From: Eledone cirrhosa
Taxonomy: Eukaryota
DNA: 64,000 bases
Direction: 5' to 3'
Assembly (NCBI GenBank): GCA_964016885.1
Contig: OZ024743.1
Location: 58,156,001 to 58,220,000 of the forward strand
The notes beneath the pieces are model-generated. The model made no database searches and was not told the DNA's origin. It saw only the letters and a list, made by a program, of their open reading frames with translations. The position numbers were made by a program, and so were the translations under genes. Position 1 is the first letter of the stretch, and each line of letters begins with the position of its first letter. This document shows, piece after piece, positions 41,827-61,785 of this stretch.

Positions 41827-43889
41827 TATAAAAGAGGTTTGATTGGTGTTATGGACTCTACCAACCAAACATTCAAGAACAAAGAGTAAAGAGCAAAAGC
41901 AGGGGACAATAAGTCTAATTTAGGTGCGGGAGGGTGGGGTGTGGGTCCTTGTTTACTAGCTGTGGTCATATTCATTCCCGGGAGTCGAGTGGTTAGTGGA
42001 ACCATAGATGGGGTGGCGTTGATAGTAGGGTGCAGAGGGTGTGCAGAGGCTACACACACACAAAGGGCATACAATATATATATAACGCAGGAGAAAGTAC
42101 ATGAGGTAATTAGAAATGGAAAAAGAGTAATAATAATAATCTATAATTAATAATGTATAATAAGGCATTGGGAAGATTACACTATAATAAGGTATAAGAG
42201 TAAGAATAAAATAAAATATAAGGAGGATAAAAATGAAAATAAAAATTAAAAAAAAAATATATAAAAAATATATAGAGAATATATAAAAAATATAAGCAAG
42301 TATCAGAAAGGGAAAAACACAATGTAAAAAAACAGATTTTGTTAAATAAAAATATTATAAATATGGGGGGAGTAAACGGGAAAGAGAAATATAATCATAA
42401 TGCGATTAGTTGAGAGAATATAAGATGATCATAAGTGTGTCAAGTTTATACATCTTAATAATAAAGAATATGTATACTAGAGTTACACATCTTTCAATGC
42501 ACTTGCAAGTCCAACCCATAGGGCATAGTCCATCGCTCATCTGTGCGGTCGTGTGTGTTTGTGTTCGACCTCACAACAGATCCACAAGTTCGTATATTTC
42601 AATGCAAATAGAATTCTATTTGTGCTTACCCGGTCATTGACGGAGCATCCAATATTCCTAGTTGATTGCTGACCCAATATGTGTGTAGTGTTATTTTGGT
42701 CGCATAAATCAGTCACTTGGTTCTATATTATGGAGTATGGTTTTCTAGTCTTCGATACAGTATCAGTGGTTGTATTTCTCAAAATCACAAGGATCACAGT
42801 ACTCCGGTTTTGTTTGATTATATGGTATCTAACTATGTTGTCGGTGCTTGGATTCAAATCTATTGCCCAGAACGTAGGACTTTGGTGTTGATTGAACATT
42901 AACGAGGCAGAGTGAAATCGCATCTGTGTTAAATAACGGTACGCAAGGAAATTCTTCGTCTTCGTTTCATCCGGGTTTAGCAGTCACGTGCAAGAACTGC
43001 TACGTAGTAACTGTGGGGGCAAGCGGTCAAGATAGCAACTGACCGAAAATTCTCCTGGGAATTCGGACAGGCATGACAGGTACATTTAGGTCACCAGTTT
43101 CTTCGTGTGTACGTGTGTCCGATACACACAGACACATATTTATATGTATTTCAACGGGAAAAAAATTCAATTGACGCCCTTATTGATATTATATCTGATA
43201 TTCCTAGATCTCTGTTGTTCCGATGCCCATGTTGTGATGTTTTGGTCGTGTTTACCAGTCACTGTGTTTTGCCATGAGCTTGGAGTGTGATGTTTTGGTC
43301 ATCAATATTCCGGCAACCGCATTCTTCTCTTATATTGTGGAAAGTGGTTGTCTGGTCTTCAGTATACATTTGGGTCAGCAGGAGGGGAGGTGGTTCTCAG
43401 TTTCCACTGCGACAATACATATATGTTATTTTACATATCGTGCTCCTCTCAAAGAAGAGTATTATAGGAGGAATTCATGCTAAACACCACATATAGAGAT
43501 GACTTCTACAGAAAAAAATTCTCTCTCCGAGAGTTCCCTCCAGGTAACCTTTCGGCGAAACATAGCGAAATACATAACATATTATATATAGTGTGTTATT
43601 ACATGAGTGGATGTTCACTTGTATCATACAAGAAAGGCAATAGGGAATAGGGAGGAAGAAGCCCTGCTTTTATGGTGGAGGTTGGGGTGAACTAGTATAT
43701 GAATGCACACCCGCAGACGTTCCCGCATCTGTCTAAGTGTACACATGGACAGCGACACACACACTCAAACACGCATATATGTATATACTCATGCACACAC
43801 ACACGCACACGCATACACACGCACAGATGATAGAGGCTGGGGTGTATTGTTATATATGGCCATGCGCGCAGACATACACACACTCATAC

Positions 43890-44747
<858 letters not shown>

Positions 44748-45017
44748 TAAAACATGTCTATAGAATCACAAGATAAAATATAAACTATTTCCTCTCCCAA
44801 TTAGCATAATTAACTATATAAGAAATCGAATAGACCAGGCTATACGAATGAGGCTTCTATGAAGGAATCTCCGACAAATAACCGAAAGTAGCGCTTTGCG
44901 TCGGCCGTAGCGGAATATTTATCGAATATTTCGACAGCGTAATCGCCTAGATATAGTCAACTAAACAGAATTAGGTTTAAAATAAACTAGGAGAAAATAG
45001 AATACATTTATATATAC

Positions 45018-45124
<107 letters not shown>

Positions 45125-45774
45125 GATAGATAGATAGATAGATATATTATATATATATATAGATAGATAGATATATTATATATATATATAGATAGATAGA
45201 TATATTATATATATATATATAGATAGATATATTATATATATATATAGATAGATATATTATATATATATATAGATAGATATATTATATATATATATATATA
45301 TAGATAGATATATAGATATATTATATATATATATCTATATTATAGAGCCCTGGTTTTCTGTTGAGCTCTGCTGATGATTGAAATTCTAACCGTGACCATC
45401 TCCACTGAAAGTTTTCATGAAATAGTCTTTTAAGACTATACAGAGCATTTGATGTTATTCCAAATTGAAGGATAAGTGTTTCAAACTTTATTTTATCATG
45501 AGTTAAAGGTCTATAGATGTTCCCTGGATTTTACTAAATTCTGTGGATGAATTTATATCCTGATTCTCTTTTGAGATGAGTTTGAGTTATTTTTCCTAAA
45601 TCTTTCGTTAACTACTTTTCCCATCTTGACGTTATAGTCGCATATATGTTATAGAATGCCGTTAGCTTCTTGCTAAAACAATCTCTATACCTCTCATTTA
45701 TATTATATATATATATATATAGATAGATAGATATATATATTATATATATATATATATATATAGATAGATAGATA

Positions 45775-45855
<81 letters not shown>

Positions 45856-45894
45856 TAGATATATATATTATATATATATAGAGATAGATATATA

Positions 45895-45963
<69 letters not shown>

Positions 45964-46013
45964 TAATGAAATGACAGGAGGCTGGATTCGTGTAAATCCT
46001 TGAAAGGTTTATT

Positions 46014-46071
46014 ATACTATGATCATTTCAATGACCGGGTTCCGTATGAATCCGGTGATATCATCAGGTAT
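46014..46071 (-). ncRNA. type I hammerhead in PLE-terminus fragment 45960-46125
   Basis: atac-CTGATGA-t-[accgg...ccggt stem]-t-GAAA-tgatca-TA/gtat, with a palindromic stem III. Confidence 0.8.
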
Positions 46072-46126
46072 TCAAAATATAATAACCAGCTCTATCCAGT
46101 GTTCAACCTCAAACCTGAATAAATAA

Positions 46127-50580
<4,454 letters not shown>

Positions 50581-50748
50581 TTATAGATAGATAGATAGAT
50601 AGATAGATATAGATATATATATAGAGAGAGAGATAGATAGATATATAGATATATATAGAGAGAGATATATATATAGATAGATATATATATATATAATATA
50701 TATATATATATATGGATATATATATATATAGATATATACATATACATA

Positions 50749-50789
<41 letters not shown>

Positions 50790-51044
50790 ATATATATATA
50801 TATATATATATATAGATATATATATATAGATATATAAGATAGATATATAGATATATATATATAAGATAGTTACATAGATAGATAGATAGATAGATAGATA
50901 TAAGATACATATATATAAGATATATATATATAAGATATATATATATATAATATATATATATAAGATATATATATATATATATATAATATATATATATAAG
51001 ATATATATATATATACATAAGATATATATATATAAGATATATAC

Positions 51045-51486
51045 ACGATATTAAACAAATGGAAACTATATTTATAAAACCATATTTATTTCATTATATA
51101 TATTTCAGGGATATCATATTAAAAATATGGTATGCCTTCCTCAGACAAAATACAATATATAAGCCGTTTTATAAATAAATTTGACATACCTTAAAATAAT
51201 GCAACTTCCATTTAAAAAGTTGATTTTAAATGGAAGTTGCATTATTTTAAGGTATGTCAAATTTATTTATAAAACGGCTTATATATTGTATTTTGTCTGA
51301 GGAAGGCATACAATATTTTTAATATGATATCCCTGAAATATATATAATGAAATAAATATGGTTTTATAAATATAGTTTCCATTTGTTTAATATCGTAAAC
51401 CTACTCCAAATCTGTTGAGTGCTTTTATATCAGTTATAAAATATTTACTCGTTGTAACCCAACAATTTTAAATGAAACTTTTGCAT
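51045..51486. mobile_element. ~350-bp near-perfect palindrome (51045-51396) with mirrored hammerheads (- 51088-51151; + 51290-51353) plus tail
   Basis: attttgt-CTGAGGA-[agg cata...tatg..cct]-GAAA-tatata-TA/atgaaat, with G-U pairs in stem I. Confidence 0.75.
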
Positions 51487-52055
51487 ATAAGATATATATA
51501 TATATTTAAGATATATATATATATATAATAAGTCAACAAACATATATATATATATAATAAATCAACAAACAGCGGAGGACGCGTTTCGCACCTTTCCGAC
51601 AGACAACCTTTCCCCCACCCCGGAAAAAACCCCCAGTTGATGGATGTGAATCCGAAATATATAGGTACAATTAAATCTCTCCCAAGGTAACTCTCTCTCG
51701 TGTTGTTATTTTAATTTTATCCTTTATACTCTTCACTTCATTCCTCTACACGTCTTATACACACCACGCATCTCACCGTACACCCACTTACATATCTCTC
51801 TCCACCACCGGATCTTCTTACCCGGAGATTTACCCATTTGCATTGTCGAGGCTTCCAAATGACTTAAAGATATTTACCTATCATTCCACAATGCTTCAAG
51901 CAAACTTCAATACTCTCATATAATATATATATAATATATATATATAATAACATATATATAATATTGTATGTATATATATAAAATAATAATTATATATATA
52001 TATATAATAATATATATATATATATAATATATATATATAATATTATATATAATAT

Positions 52056-52139
<84 letters not shown>

Positions 52140-52146
<7 letters not shown>

Positions 52147-52566
52147 GAAATGGATATAAGGAGTTTAAAACCGTTAAAACAAGTTTATATAATTGTGCAC
52201 CTACGTACGTTTCGCCCTGAGCTCTTTGATAATAAAAACACATGCACAAAGAGGAAAATAGATGATGATGTTAATTTAACCGTAAATTCCCTCCTCGGTC
52301 CTATATTGAACATTATTTTGCTTTCCATGCCCTTGATAAACCCGTTGAGGGAGAAACGTACGTGGGTGCACAATTATATAACCATGTTTTAACGGTTTTA
52401 AACTCTTTGTATTCATTTCCTTTATAATCGCTCTGCTTATTTTTTCTCGCCCACTAAATATTGACGCCTCGTAGGCACGAGTATTGAGCACACATGCATA
52501 AACTATTGGCAACTAAATATATGCATCGACCATCTTTCCATTCTCTTCTCTCTCTCGAGACCTAAC

Positions 52567-52571
<5 letters not shown>
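52140..52571 (+). mobile_element. inverted-repeat PLE-terminus element with decayed hammerhead
   Basis: Arms 52140-52213 and 52352-52426; ttgataa-a-ccc(gttga)ggg-a-GAAA-cgtacg-T(G/A)-ggtgca. Confidence 0.65.
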
Positions 52572-52638
<67 letters not shown>

Positions 52639-52735
52639 TATATATAATATTTGCCTTTCATCCTTACGGGGGTCGATAACATAAAGTACCAGTAATGCAC
52701 TGGTTAATTGCTGGCCTTGTGCCTAAAGTAGACAC

Positions 52736-52775
<40 letters not shown>

Positions 52776-52804
52776 AGCTGAAATTCGATACTCGCTAATT
52801 TATA

Positions 52805-52857
<53 letters not shown>

Positions 52858-52859
52858 TA

Positions 52860-52916
<57 letters not shown>

Positions 52917-52984
52917 TATAATATTATATATATATATATATATAATATAATATATATATATAATATATATATAATATTATATAT

Positions 52985-53070
<86 letters not shown>

Positions 53071-53130
53071 CAAGTAAGTATGTTTTGAAACAGTGAGCAG
53101 GTTTGAAATTAGAAAATAGAATAGCTTTCC

Positions 53131-53297
53131 CCGTATTTTTGACTAAAGAAATTTTAGCCTGATAATGGGGTTTAGAACCCTCAGATAAATGGAAAAAGAT
53201 GAGTATTGACCATGTACGTCAATACTCATCTTTTTCCATTTATCTGAGGGTTCTAAACCCCATTATCAGGCTAAAATTTCTTTAGTCAAAAATACGG
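53131..53297. repeat. perfect ~80-bp-arm palindrome, probably a decayed PLE-terminus fold-back
   Basis: ccgtatttttgac...gagtattgac / gtcaatactc...gtcaaaaatacgg; contains CTGATAA-t-gggg...ccct. Confidence 0.8.
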
Positions 53298-53482
53298 TGA
53301 AAAAAATATATATATACCATTTATGTTATACATATCCGTATGTGGTTGACGGCTTTGAGAAATGACTACTCAATATCGAAGTATAGTAACGAGACTCAGT
53401 ATCTTGACTTAATAAAGTGAATACATACATATATATATATATATATACAGAGAGATATTGACTTTCATAATTTGAATTTCAG

Positions 53483-53577
53483 GCAAAGAAGAAAATATGT
53501 GGATGCATATTGACGCAGCATTTGCAGGGAATGCATTTATATGTCCTGAGTACCGTCCGCTACTGAATGGTGTCGAA
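53483..53577 (+). CDS. DDC: DDC-family coding exon 7 (Asp271); the gene continues beyond the window
   Basis: ag|(C)[31 protein letters not shown]|gtaagt; 95 nt; phase matches exon 6. Confidence 0.93.
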
Positions 53578-53829
53578 GTAAGTCCGTAGTTTATTTTTAC
53601 ATTAACTGTAAAGCAAATATTTTGAATACTGTGAATTTTTTAATGTTTTCTAGTAACGTATGAACGGGGTCAGAAGCGGCAGGTGATTCAATTACCGCGT
53701 GTGTGCGTTATTGTGACTATATGTGTGTATTTGTCCCACTTTAGTTCCAACAGCAAGTGATTCCATTTGTTTTAACAACGGAACAGCTTGTTCGTGAAAT
53801 TAACGTTCCAGCGGCTATGCATTCCACAT

Positions 53830-54210
53830 ACAACCATAACCCTGAGCACCTTTTTTATTTCCATGTGTCCAACACATGTGAGCATGCCTACAAAGTCAGA
53901 AAACAGCACAGTTCCCATGACTTTCGGAAACCTTTTTTCACGCTCAGAGTTGCTGAAGCATGAAAAAAACTACCTGCATCAGTTGTTAGCTGTCGAGACA
54001 CCTGCATCCCTTAAAACCTCCATGTTTCCTGAAATTCGCCAAGGCTACACCTGATATCCCCCCCTCCATACACACGCACGCATGTATTTCATGACTCATA
54101 CACTGTTCATTTTCCTGACATTTGAACTTTATTCTATGTACTATACATGCACCTTTGATGAGTTGTAGTGCACCTGAGCACTGTACACAATAATTTCATT
54201 ATTATTATAA
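53830..54210 (+). mobile_element. decayed CR1-type 3' end (its tail is repeated at 54775-54870)
   Basis: T..HAYKVRK......RKPFFTLRVAEA*K.LP resembles the CR1 TRGH..K...RK.FF..RV...WN.LP end, followed by an (ATT)n tail. Confidence 0.65.
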
Positions 54211-55544
54211 TTTGTCAATATCATAAAATAATTGGTTTGTTGCAACAAAAATGTAAGCTGTTACTTAAATTACCTTACCTCTTAATGTTCTGATCTGCAT
54301 GACATAGCATTAGTGGGACTCTCTTGAAAAGTACAAAACATCACTATAATGCATGATGGCCACTCAGTTGTATGGTGGAAATTCCCCATTCCTCTACCTT
54401 GAAAAACAGTGCAACGTATGTCAGCAAGGGAGATGCTATATAATTACATATGTACTCCTGATCAGTCAATGAAAACATGCCAGAAGTATGACAACCACAA
54501 ATACAATGAACAAACCTAATTGCATACACAGGATGGATTAAGTACTATGTTAAAGCTGCATACAGCAGTCAGGTAGGAATATTAGGCCATGTGTGAAAAG
54601 CCTTTAAAAATTACCAAATGATCAAACCATCCTTTCATCATCATTATCACTTTATGCTTGGTTTTCTTGCTGGCATGGATTAAATAGGTTTTCAGTCTGA
54701 ACCGTTTTTAGCATGGTATCTATGGCTTTAAAGATTAGATATCAACGACTTTAAAGATTAGATATCACATATCACTTTCCTGACATTTTTACATTATTCT
54801 AGGTACTATATGTGCACCTTTGATAAGTTGTAGTGCACCTGAGAAGTATGCACGATCATTTTCATTATTATATGTGTGCCCGCCGAGGTTGACTTTGCCT
54901 TTCATCCTTACGGGGTCGATAAAATAAAGTACCAGTAATGCACTGGGTAATTGCAGGCCTTGTGCCTAAATTAGAAACAACTATTATATGTGTGCCCTAA
55001 ACGTAATTATAGGAGAAACGAAGCGTGGTACAATGTGTAATATTGCTGGTCTTTTGAATTATAGGTACAACACTTTTTTCCAGTTGATCCGACAAGAGCA
55101 ACATGAAATAATATGTCATGCTGAAGAACACAACGTGCCGTCGGTAATCGAACTCATGAACGTTCGCCGAGCAAACCTATTACTAAGCTATGCGCCTTCA
55201 CTTTGAATTATATACGCCTGACTAATTATAACAGAAATACCTAAGAAATATAATCATGGATGAACAATCAGCTAACCGCATGTTACCGAAGCTTGCAGCA
55301 TGACTTCCCATTACCAGGCTTGTCAACTCTCCCCGTCCAGTGGTGAGATCTCCCACCCACTTTGGGGTGGGTGAGAGGTGTCTTCTTTGATGAAAATGTG
55401 TACAGCTTTCATTATGTAAAATCTCCCATTTTGTCCAATTTCTACCAGTTTTGGAACACTTTTTTCATGGTACTCCCATTTGGGTTTTTAGAATTTGGCA
55501 GGTTTGAATTACTAATGTATTGAATATCAAGATATCAGTGAAGG

Positions 55545-55850
55545 CCCGTGTCTTAGTAGCTATGAGTGTACGGCACACGATCGCAAGGTCGTGATTCTGA
55601 TCCCCGGCGGTGTCTTTTGTTCTTGAACAAGACTCTTTATTTTCCGTCAATCCACTACACTCAGCTAGAAGAAAAATGAGATGATCTGTGATTCAATGGA
55701 CTATCATTGTTTGACATTGTGTCATTGTGAATCTTCCCCAGAATTATATTAAGGGTACTCGTGTTTGTGTCTGTAAAATGCTCAACAATTTGCTCGTTAA
55801 TTTAAAAAGAAGGCTTGTTGATCGAATGACATGGGACACTCGCCCGACAC
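55545..55850 (+). mobile_element. old tRNA-derived CORE-like SINE (related decayed copies near 11440-11735 and 35440-35580 on the - strand)
   Basis: tRNA-like head followed by tgttcttgaacaagactctttattt and a shared 3' block attaaggg.ac... Confidence 0.45.
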
Positions 55851-56427
55851 AAATTCCCTCTCACTCACATATACATAAAACCAAAAAATACAACTTTATA
55901 TAAATATATGTATTTTCGGGTCTCGAATAATCGTCCGCCCACTCCCCACCCCGCTTATTAATTTTTCAGACTTTTCCATTACCCCGCCCTTATTTCAAAC
56001 TCCCGCTTATTAAATTTTCTAAATCTATCTTCGGCGAAATTTTGAATTTTAAAAAATCAACGGAGTCAATCTAGAAAAATTACCGATGTTCCAACCCCAC
56101 CCCCCGTTTATCCCGCTTATTATTTGCGGACCAAGACTGTGTAGGTGTGTTCCATATATTAAGTATAATTTATTTTGTGAGCCGGTAGATTATATATAAT
56201 AGGATTCCAAAGAATGCACTTATATGAGGAGTGATATATTTTAAACATCGACTCAACTAGTGTCAAATAAATATATACATATATATTAGGTCTGAATAGT
56301 TTACTGTTATTTGTACTTACATTTTAAAACACTACAATGATTTGGTGTTAACAATGTTGCTGTTGGTACAAGATACAGCATTTAGACTCATTCTCTCTAA
56401 TATACCCAAATATAATGATTTATAGTA

Positions 56428-57132
56428 TAGGCACAAGACCAGTAATTTTTATTTTTGGAGGGGGGGGGGGCAATTTAATCGACTCCAGTACGTTACTGGT
56501 GCTTTATTTTATCGACCCCGTAAGAATGAAAGGCAAAGTTAACCTCGGCGGGATTTGAACTCAGACCATAAAGGGCCGTAACTCTTTGCTGCAAAGTATG
56601 GCGTCAGACCATCTACCGATACTACCAATCCACCATACACAAATATAATTGTTTCTACTTTTGGCACAAGGCCAGCAATTACTCAGTGCATTACTGGTAC
56701 TTTATTTTATCGACCCCGTAAGGATGAAAGGCAAAGTTAACCTCGGCGGGATTTGAACTCAGATCATAAAGGACCATGCACAAATATAATTGTTTCTACT
56801 TTTGGCACAAGGCCAGCAATTACTCAGTGCATTACTGGTACTTTATTTTATCGACCCCGTAAGGATGAAAGGCAAAGTTAACCTCGGCGGGATTTGAACT
56901 CAGATCATAAAGGACCATGCACAAATATAATTGTTTCTACTTTTGGCACAAGGCCAGCAATTACTCAGTGTATTACTGGTACTTTATTTTATCGAGCCCG
57001 TAAGGATGAAAGGCAAAGTTAACCTCGGCGGGATTTGAACTCAGATCATAAAGGACCATACACAAATATAATTGTTTCTACTTTTGGCACAAGGCCAGAA
57101 ATTTCCAGTGTATTACTGGTACTTTATTTTAT
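56428..57132 (-). mobile_element. SINE array: one full copy, three 141-bp 5'-truncated tandem units and a partial unit
   Basis: Units start near 56646, 56787, 56928 and 57069, joined by accat(a/g)cacaaatataatt. Confidence 0.9.
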
Positions 57133-58190
57133 TGTCACTGCCACCGTCCCTCTTGCTCTCGAAATTTCTCACTATTTTAAGCAAATGGGGGGCCAACGCG
57201 CTGCCCGCCCACCGGCTCCGGCGGACAGAATAGAGGCGTTTCCCTGGAGTTTGACTTTAAGGGTATACAACAATACGAACATATCATCAATACTTCAAAC
57301 CTGTCAACTCTCCCCGTCGGACGGGGAGATCTCCCAACCACTCTGGGTTGGGTGAGTGATGTCTTCTCTTGTGAACATGTTTATAGCTTTCATTATCTAA
57401 AATCTCTCCCGCCGAGGTTAACTTTGCCTTTCATCCTTACGCGGTCGATAAAATAAAGTACCAGTAATACACTGGATTAATTGCTAGCCTTGTGCCAAAA
57501 TTAGAAACAATTATGTAAAATCTCTCCATTTGGCCTCATTTCTCCCCGTTTTGTGGTACTTTTATTCATGGTACTCCCCATTTGGGGTTTTAGAGGTTGG
57601 CACGTCTGATACTGATTTTGCACACTGTTTTCTACATAAGAATGTCTTACAATATTTTAAATAATTCTCAAAATCATTTATTTTATTGCCATCGATTTTT
57701 GTATTATCTTAATAAAATTATAACAATTCTCTTATCATTTTATCAGTGTTAGCCCCTGGTGAAGTGACGTATGTACAACGAAATTCATAGAAATGTTTGA
57801 CACGTTAACTCAATTATATTGAAATTTAATTTGTCAAAATTTACTTGTTGCCTACAAAAAATATTAAGAAATAACAAAACATTATTCGATGTAAAATGAT
57901 AAGAATTTCAAAGTGGAGACATAATTATTCTGATGATTGTAGAAACAGTGGTGGTGGTAGTAGTAATAGTGGTGGTGTTGTTGGTGGTAGTAGTAGAGAT
58001 GTGGTGAAGATGGTGATGTCAGTAGTAGTAGTAGTAGTGTTTTCGTTCGTGGTAGTAATGGTGGTGGTAATAATAGTAACAATGGTAGTGGTGGTAGTAG
58101 TAGTAGTAGTCGTAGTCTGTTTCTTGGATACGTGTTTGTATATACGATTGCTTCTAGTGATATTTCCCAATGTTATTAATAATCATTTTT

Positions 58191-58382
58191 GGCGGTGGAT
58201 TGACAGTATCGGTAGAGGGTCTGACGCCATGTTTTACAGCAAAGAGTTACGGCCCTTTATGGTCTGAGTTCATATCCCGCCGAGGTCAACTTTGCCATTC
58301 ATCCTTACGGGGTCGATAAAATAAAATACCAGTAATGCACTAGGATCATTGCTGGACTTGTGCTAAAAAGTAGAAACAGTTA
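58191..58382 (+). mobile_element. full-length tRNA-derived SINE
   Basis: Same family as 9757, with a TSD-like gttattaataat flank. Confidence 0.85.
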
Positions 58383-58553
58383 TTAATAATAATTTTTGTT
58401 CGGTTTATTGCATTAGTAGCAATAGTAGTGGTGGTAGTAGTAGTAGTAGTAGTGTTTGGAAATTAGGTAAAAGTGACTGATGATAAAGAGCTACAAATCT
58501 GGACTCTGAATCAAATGGTTTTCATGTGTACTATAAAAGTTTTTTCAGAAGGA

Positions 58554-58619
<66 letters not shown>

Positions 58620-58622
<3 letters not shown>

Positions 58623-59110
58623 GTGACTGATCGGCCTGATTTGCATGTTAGCAGACTGGCTGATCAGTCAGATCTGCATATTAGCAGATCCACTGATCAG
58701 CCAGATTTGCATATCAGCAGACTGGCCAGTCAGTTTCCTGTATACTAGCGATAAATGGCCGGCTTTGCCAAATTCAAATAAAAAAGATCAGTGGATCTAC
58801 TAAGATGCAGATCTGACTGATCAGCCAGTCTGCTAACATACAAATCAGGCCGATCAGCCACTGTGTATTTTTGAAAATAGCATATATTTTCACTAGCTCT
58901 GACAGTTTGGCAGGTGAACAGGGAGCTGTACTGATGAAGGGTGATACCCAGAAACATTAGTGTCTGCAGTTCTGTTCGCATCCCAACACAAGAGCAAGAA
59001 TGAAGTGTTCATTCTACTGACATGGCTATAAAATTGAGGCTTGTTTGCATAATTGCAAACGAATGGAATGTTATTATTAACATTCGAAAAACTCAGATTA
59101 CATTTATTTT
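58620..59110 (+). mobile_element. PLE-terminus element with inverted octamer subrepeat block and hammerhead
   Basis: 58618-58698 is inverted at 58785-58866; the tail matches 22470-22660. Confidence 0.75.
58923..58972 (+). ncRNA. minimal type I hammerhead ribozyme (best-preserved copy of this family)
   Basis: gagctgta-CTGATGA-a-gggt(gat)accc-a-GAAA-cattagtg-TC/tgcagttc; the 8-bp stem I extends further with gaaca/tgttc. Confidence 0.85.
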
Positions 59111-59155
59111 ATAAACAAATAACGAAACGAAATTATTATTTTTAACTTAATTATT

Positions 59156-59226
<71 letters not shown>

Positions 59227-59508
59227 AAGATAAGTTTATTTATAAAGTGGAAATTTCCGCATTTAATAATACCGGTTTCAGCATTATATGCTTTTTCAAC
59301 TGCAGATATGCATAATGTAGTTACGTTGCATATTTATACGAATAATAAAAGGGGGAAGAAAAATTATTAGTTTTTACATATATATTTACAGAGGAAAGTT
59401 CATACATATGTCATTCTCTCTCTGTTAGTTGACTGACATATATATATATATATATATACTAATATTCAATCCATACACATTATAATGCTAACCTACATTC
59501 ATACGTAG

Positions 59509-59586
<78 letters not shown>

Positions 59587-59644
59587 ATATATATATACAT
59601 ATATACATTCGTACATGTGTGTGAGTGTAAGTTTGTATATATTT

Positions 59645-59972
59645 GAAACCACCATGTGCTGTGAGAGGAACTGTGTTTAAGAGGTATAGGCTGTAGTGTG
59701 CGGGAGAGAATACTGCGTTGGTATGGACATATGATGCGCATGGAAGATGACCGCTGGGTAAAGAAGTGCCAAGAAATCCCAGTAGAAGGAAGACACAGTA
59801 GAGGAAGACCACGAAAAACATGGGCGGAGGTGGTGAGAGTTGATCTCAGATCGCTGAAGCTCGCGCAGGAGATGACGAAGGACCGTGACGAATGAAGAGA
59901 TGCTGTGCTGAATAATAGCAATCCCACCCTTGCAACCTAGGGAAAAGCGGATGTAAAATGATGATGATGATG
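59645..59972 (+). mobile_element. RTE-clade LINE 3' fragment with (GAT)n tail
   Basis: [10 protein letters not shown]...[22 protein letters not shown]...DRDE. Confidence 0.85.
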
Positions 59973-60030
59973 AGCACATGAACACTCACACACATATACT
60001 TATATATATGATAAACACATTGACATACAC

Positions 60031-60070
<40 letters not shown>

Positions 60071-60673
60071 GGAAAAAATGAAACGAAATTTAATTTCTCA
60101 CTCTTAGTACGGCTGTTACTTAAATATAAGTATGTATGCGTACATACATATATGTATACAGACGTACAGTTTTATGTATATATATACATACATGCACACA
60201 TATATATATGTACGTATGCATTCACCGAACATTTATTATGATGCTCGGTGTGTTTGTAAACAAACATCCCGTATTAAGCCGCACAGTGTCTAGCAACCAT
60301 CGTTGCTCATTTGTTCAACACTGACAAAGGAACGCTGTACTTGTTTCAAGCTTATTAGGCTGCTCATCCGTTAATATGCATAAGGAAAGTATATACTTTC
60401 AGACGTTCAATCATCTGGCAGGAAGGTATACGTTGCTGACGATAGCTACTAAGCTTGAAACTAGTACAGCGTTCCTTTTTCAGTGTTGAACAAATGAGCA
60501 ACGATGGTTGCTAGACACTGTGCGGCTTAATACGGGATGGTTGTTTACAAACACACCGAGCATTATAATAAATGTTCGGTGAATGCATACGTACATATAT
60601 ATATGTGTGCATGTATGTATATATATACATACTACTGTACGTCTGTATACATATATGTATGTACGCATACATA

Positions 60674-60727
<54 letters not shown>

Positions 60728-60732
<5 letters not shown>

Positions 60733-61785
60733 ATACTTTGGGAGGGTCATGTTGCCAATAAGAAACACACGCACCAGTTGCTTTCACTTCAATTTATTAT
60801 AATAAATTTATAATAAATTTATAAATTTCTGGTTGGTTGGTTGGTTCCACAACCAGATAGTTGTTTATATATTGTCTTAGTTCTTTCGTCACACACTCTG
60901 TGACCTCTTCAGTGACTCGGGATTCCTTTCTTTGTTTCTATGCCTCTCCTTTGTTCTGTCCTACGCCATTTTGTTTCTGTGTGTGTGTTGTGTGCTCAGT
61001 CTGCGCATGCGCCACATCCGGGTGTCTGTGTGTGTTTATGTTCATTTATTTATTTGTTTATTTACATGTTACTGGTTGGTTGTTTGTTCTATGTGTGTGT
61101 GTGTTTTCATTTTGTCCTTAATTGTAAGTTGTGATGTTGCTGTTCCACTCATATTTTCTATTTAATTTTGGTTGTAATTCTTTTATGTTTATTGCCTCTG
61201 TAATTTGTCTAAACATTGCGTCTTTTCTGTGTGTAGATTCTATTTTTATTTCTATGTTCTCTAATTTACCCTTGTGTTCTATTTTAGCATGTTGGTAGAG
61301 TACAGATGATTCTTTACTATCTTGAAGGTCTCGCCAGTGTTCATTTATCCGTTCCCCTACACTACGAGCTGTCTCACCTATGTACACTATATTTTTGTCT
61401 CTACATTGTCCTTCAGTACATCTTATGGTATACACTACATTTCTAGTTTTACAGTTAATATGGGGGCTTATTTTACAGGTTATACATTTCTTATCTATAC
61501 ATGAGGGTCTTTGAAAAGGGTATGTCTTGCTAATAAGTGTTTTTACGGAGGTACCTGGTCTTTCTACTATCTTAATATTGAGTTTATGTTTATCTAGGGC
61601 CCTTCTAAATTTGTAAGCTAATTCACCTCTAGGGGTTGTATCGATGAACATTACACTCTGGTATTTATTGCTATCATACCATGAGTTTATTCTATTAGCC
61701 TTGTTCCTAGTTCTTTCTATTCTATTCCAAAATTTGCTTCTATACAATGGGCAGGTTCCATTTATGTCATTATTTACCATTTTTT
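60728..61785 (-). mobile_element. inverted 3' copy of the Nematis-type PLE: complete GIY-YIG endonuclease plus pseudo-LTR
   Basis: CIDKKCITC...CKTRNVVYTIRC...YIGETARSVGERINEH...H...RQITEAINI...LNRKYEW. 61377-61785 is the reverse complement of 63591-64000. Confidence 0.9.
60873..60917 (-). ncRNA. minimal hammerhead in the PLE pseudo-LTR (slightly decayed)
   Basis: gtca-CTGAAGA-g-gtcaca(gagtg)tgtgac-GAAA-gaac-TA/agac. Confidence 0.65.

Noticed and set aside
42400-43480. Possible PLE coding remnant upstream of the 41782 hammerhead
   Set aside because: Too decayed for any diagnostic motif to be read reliably.
56630-57132. Regular 141-bp repeats resembling a CRISPR-like array
   Set aside because: The units are truncated SINE copies without unique spacers, the context is eukaryotic, and there are no cas genes.
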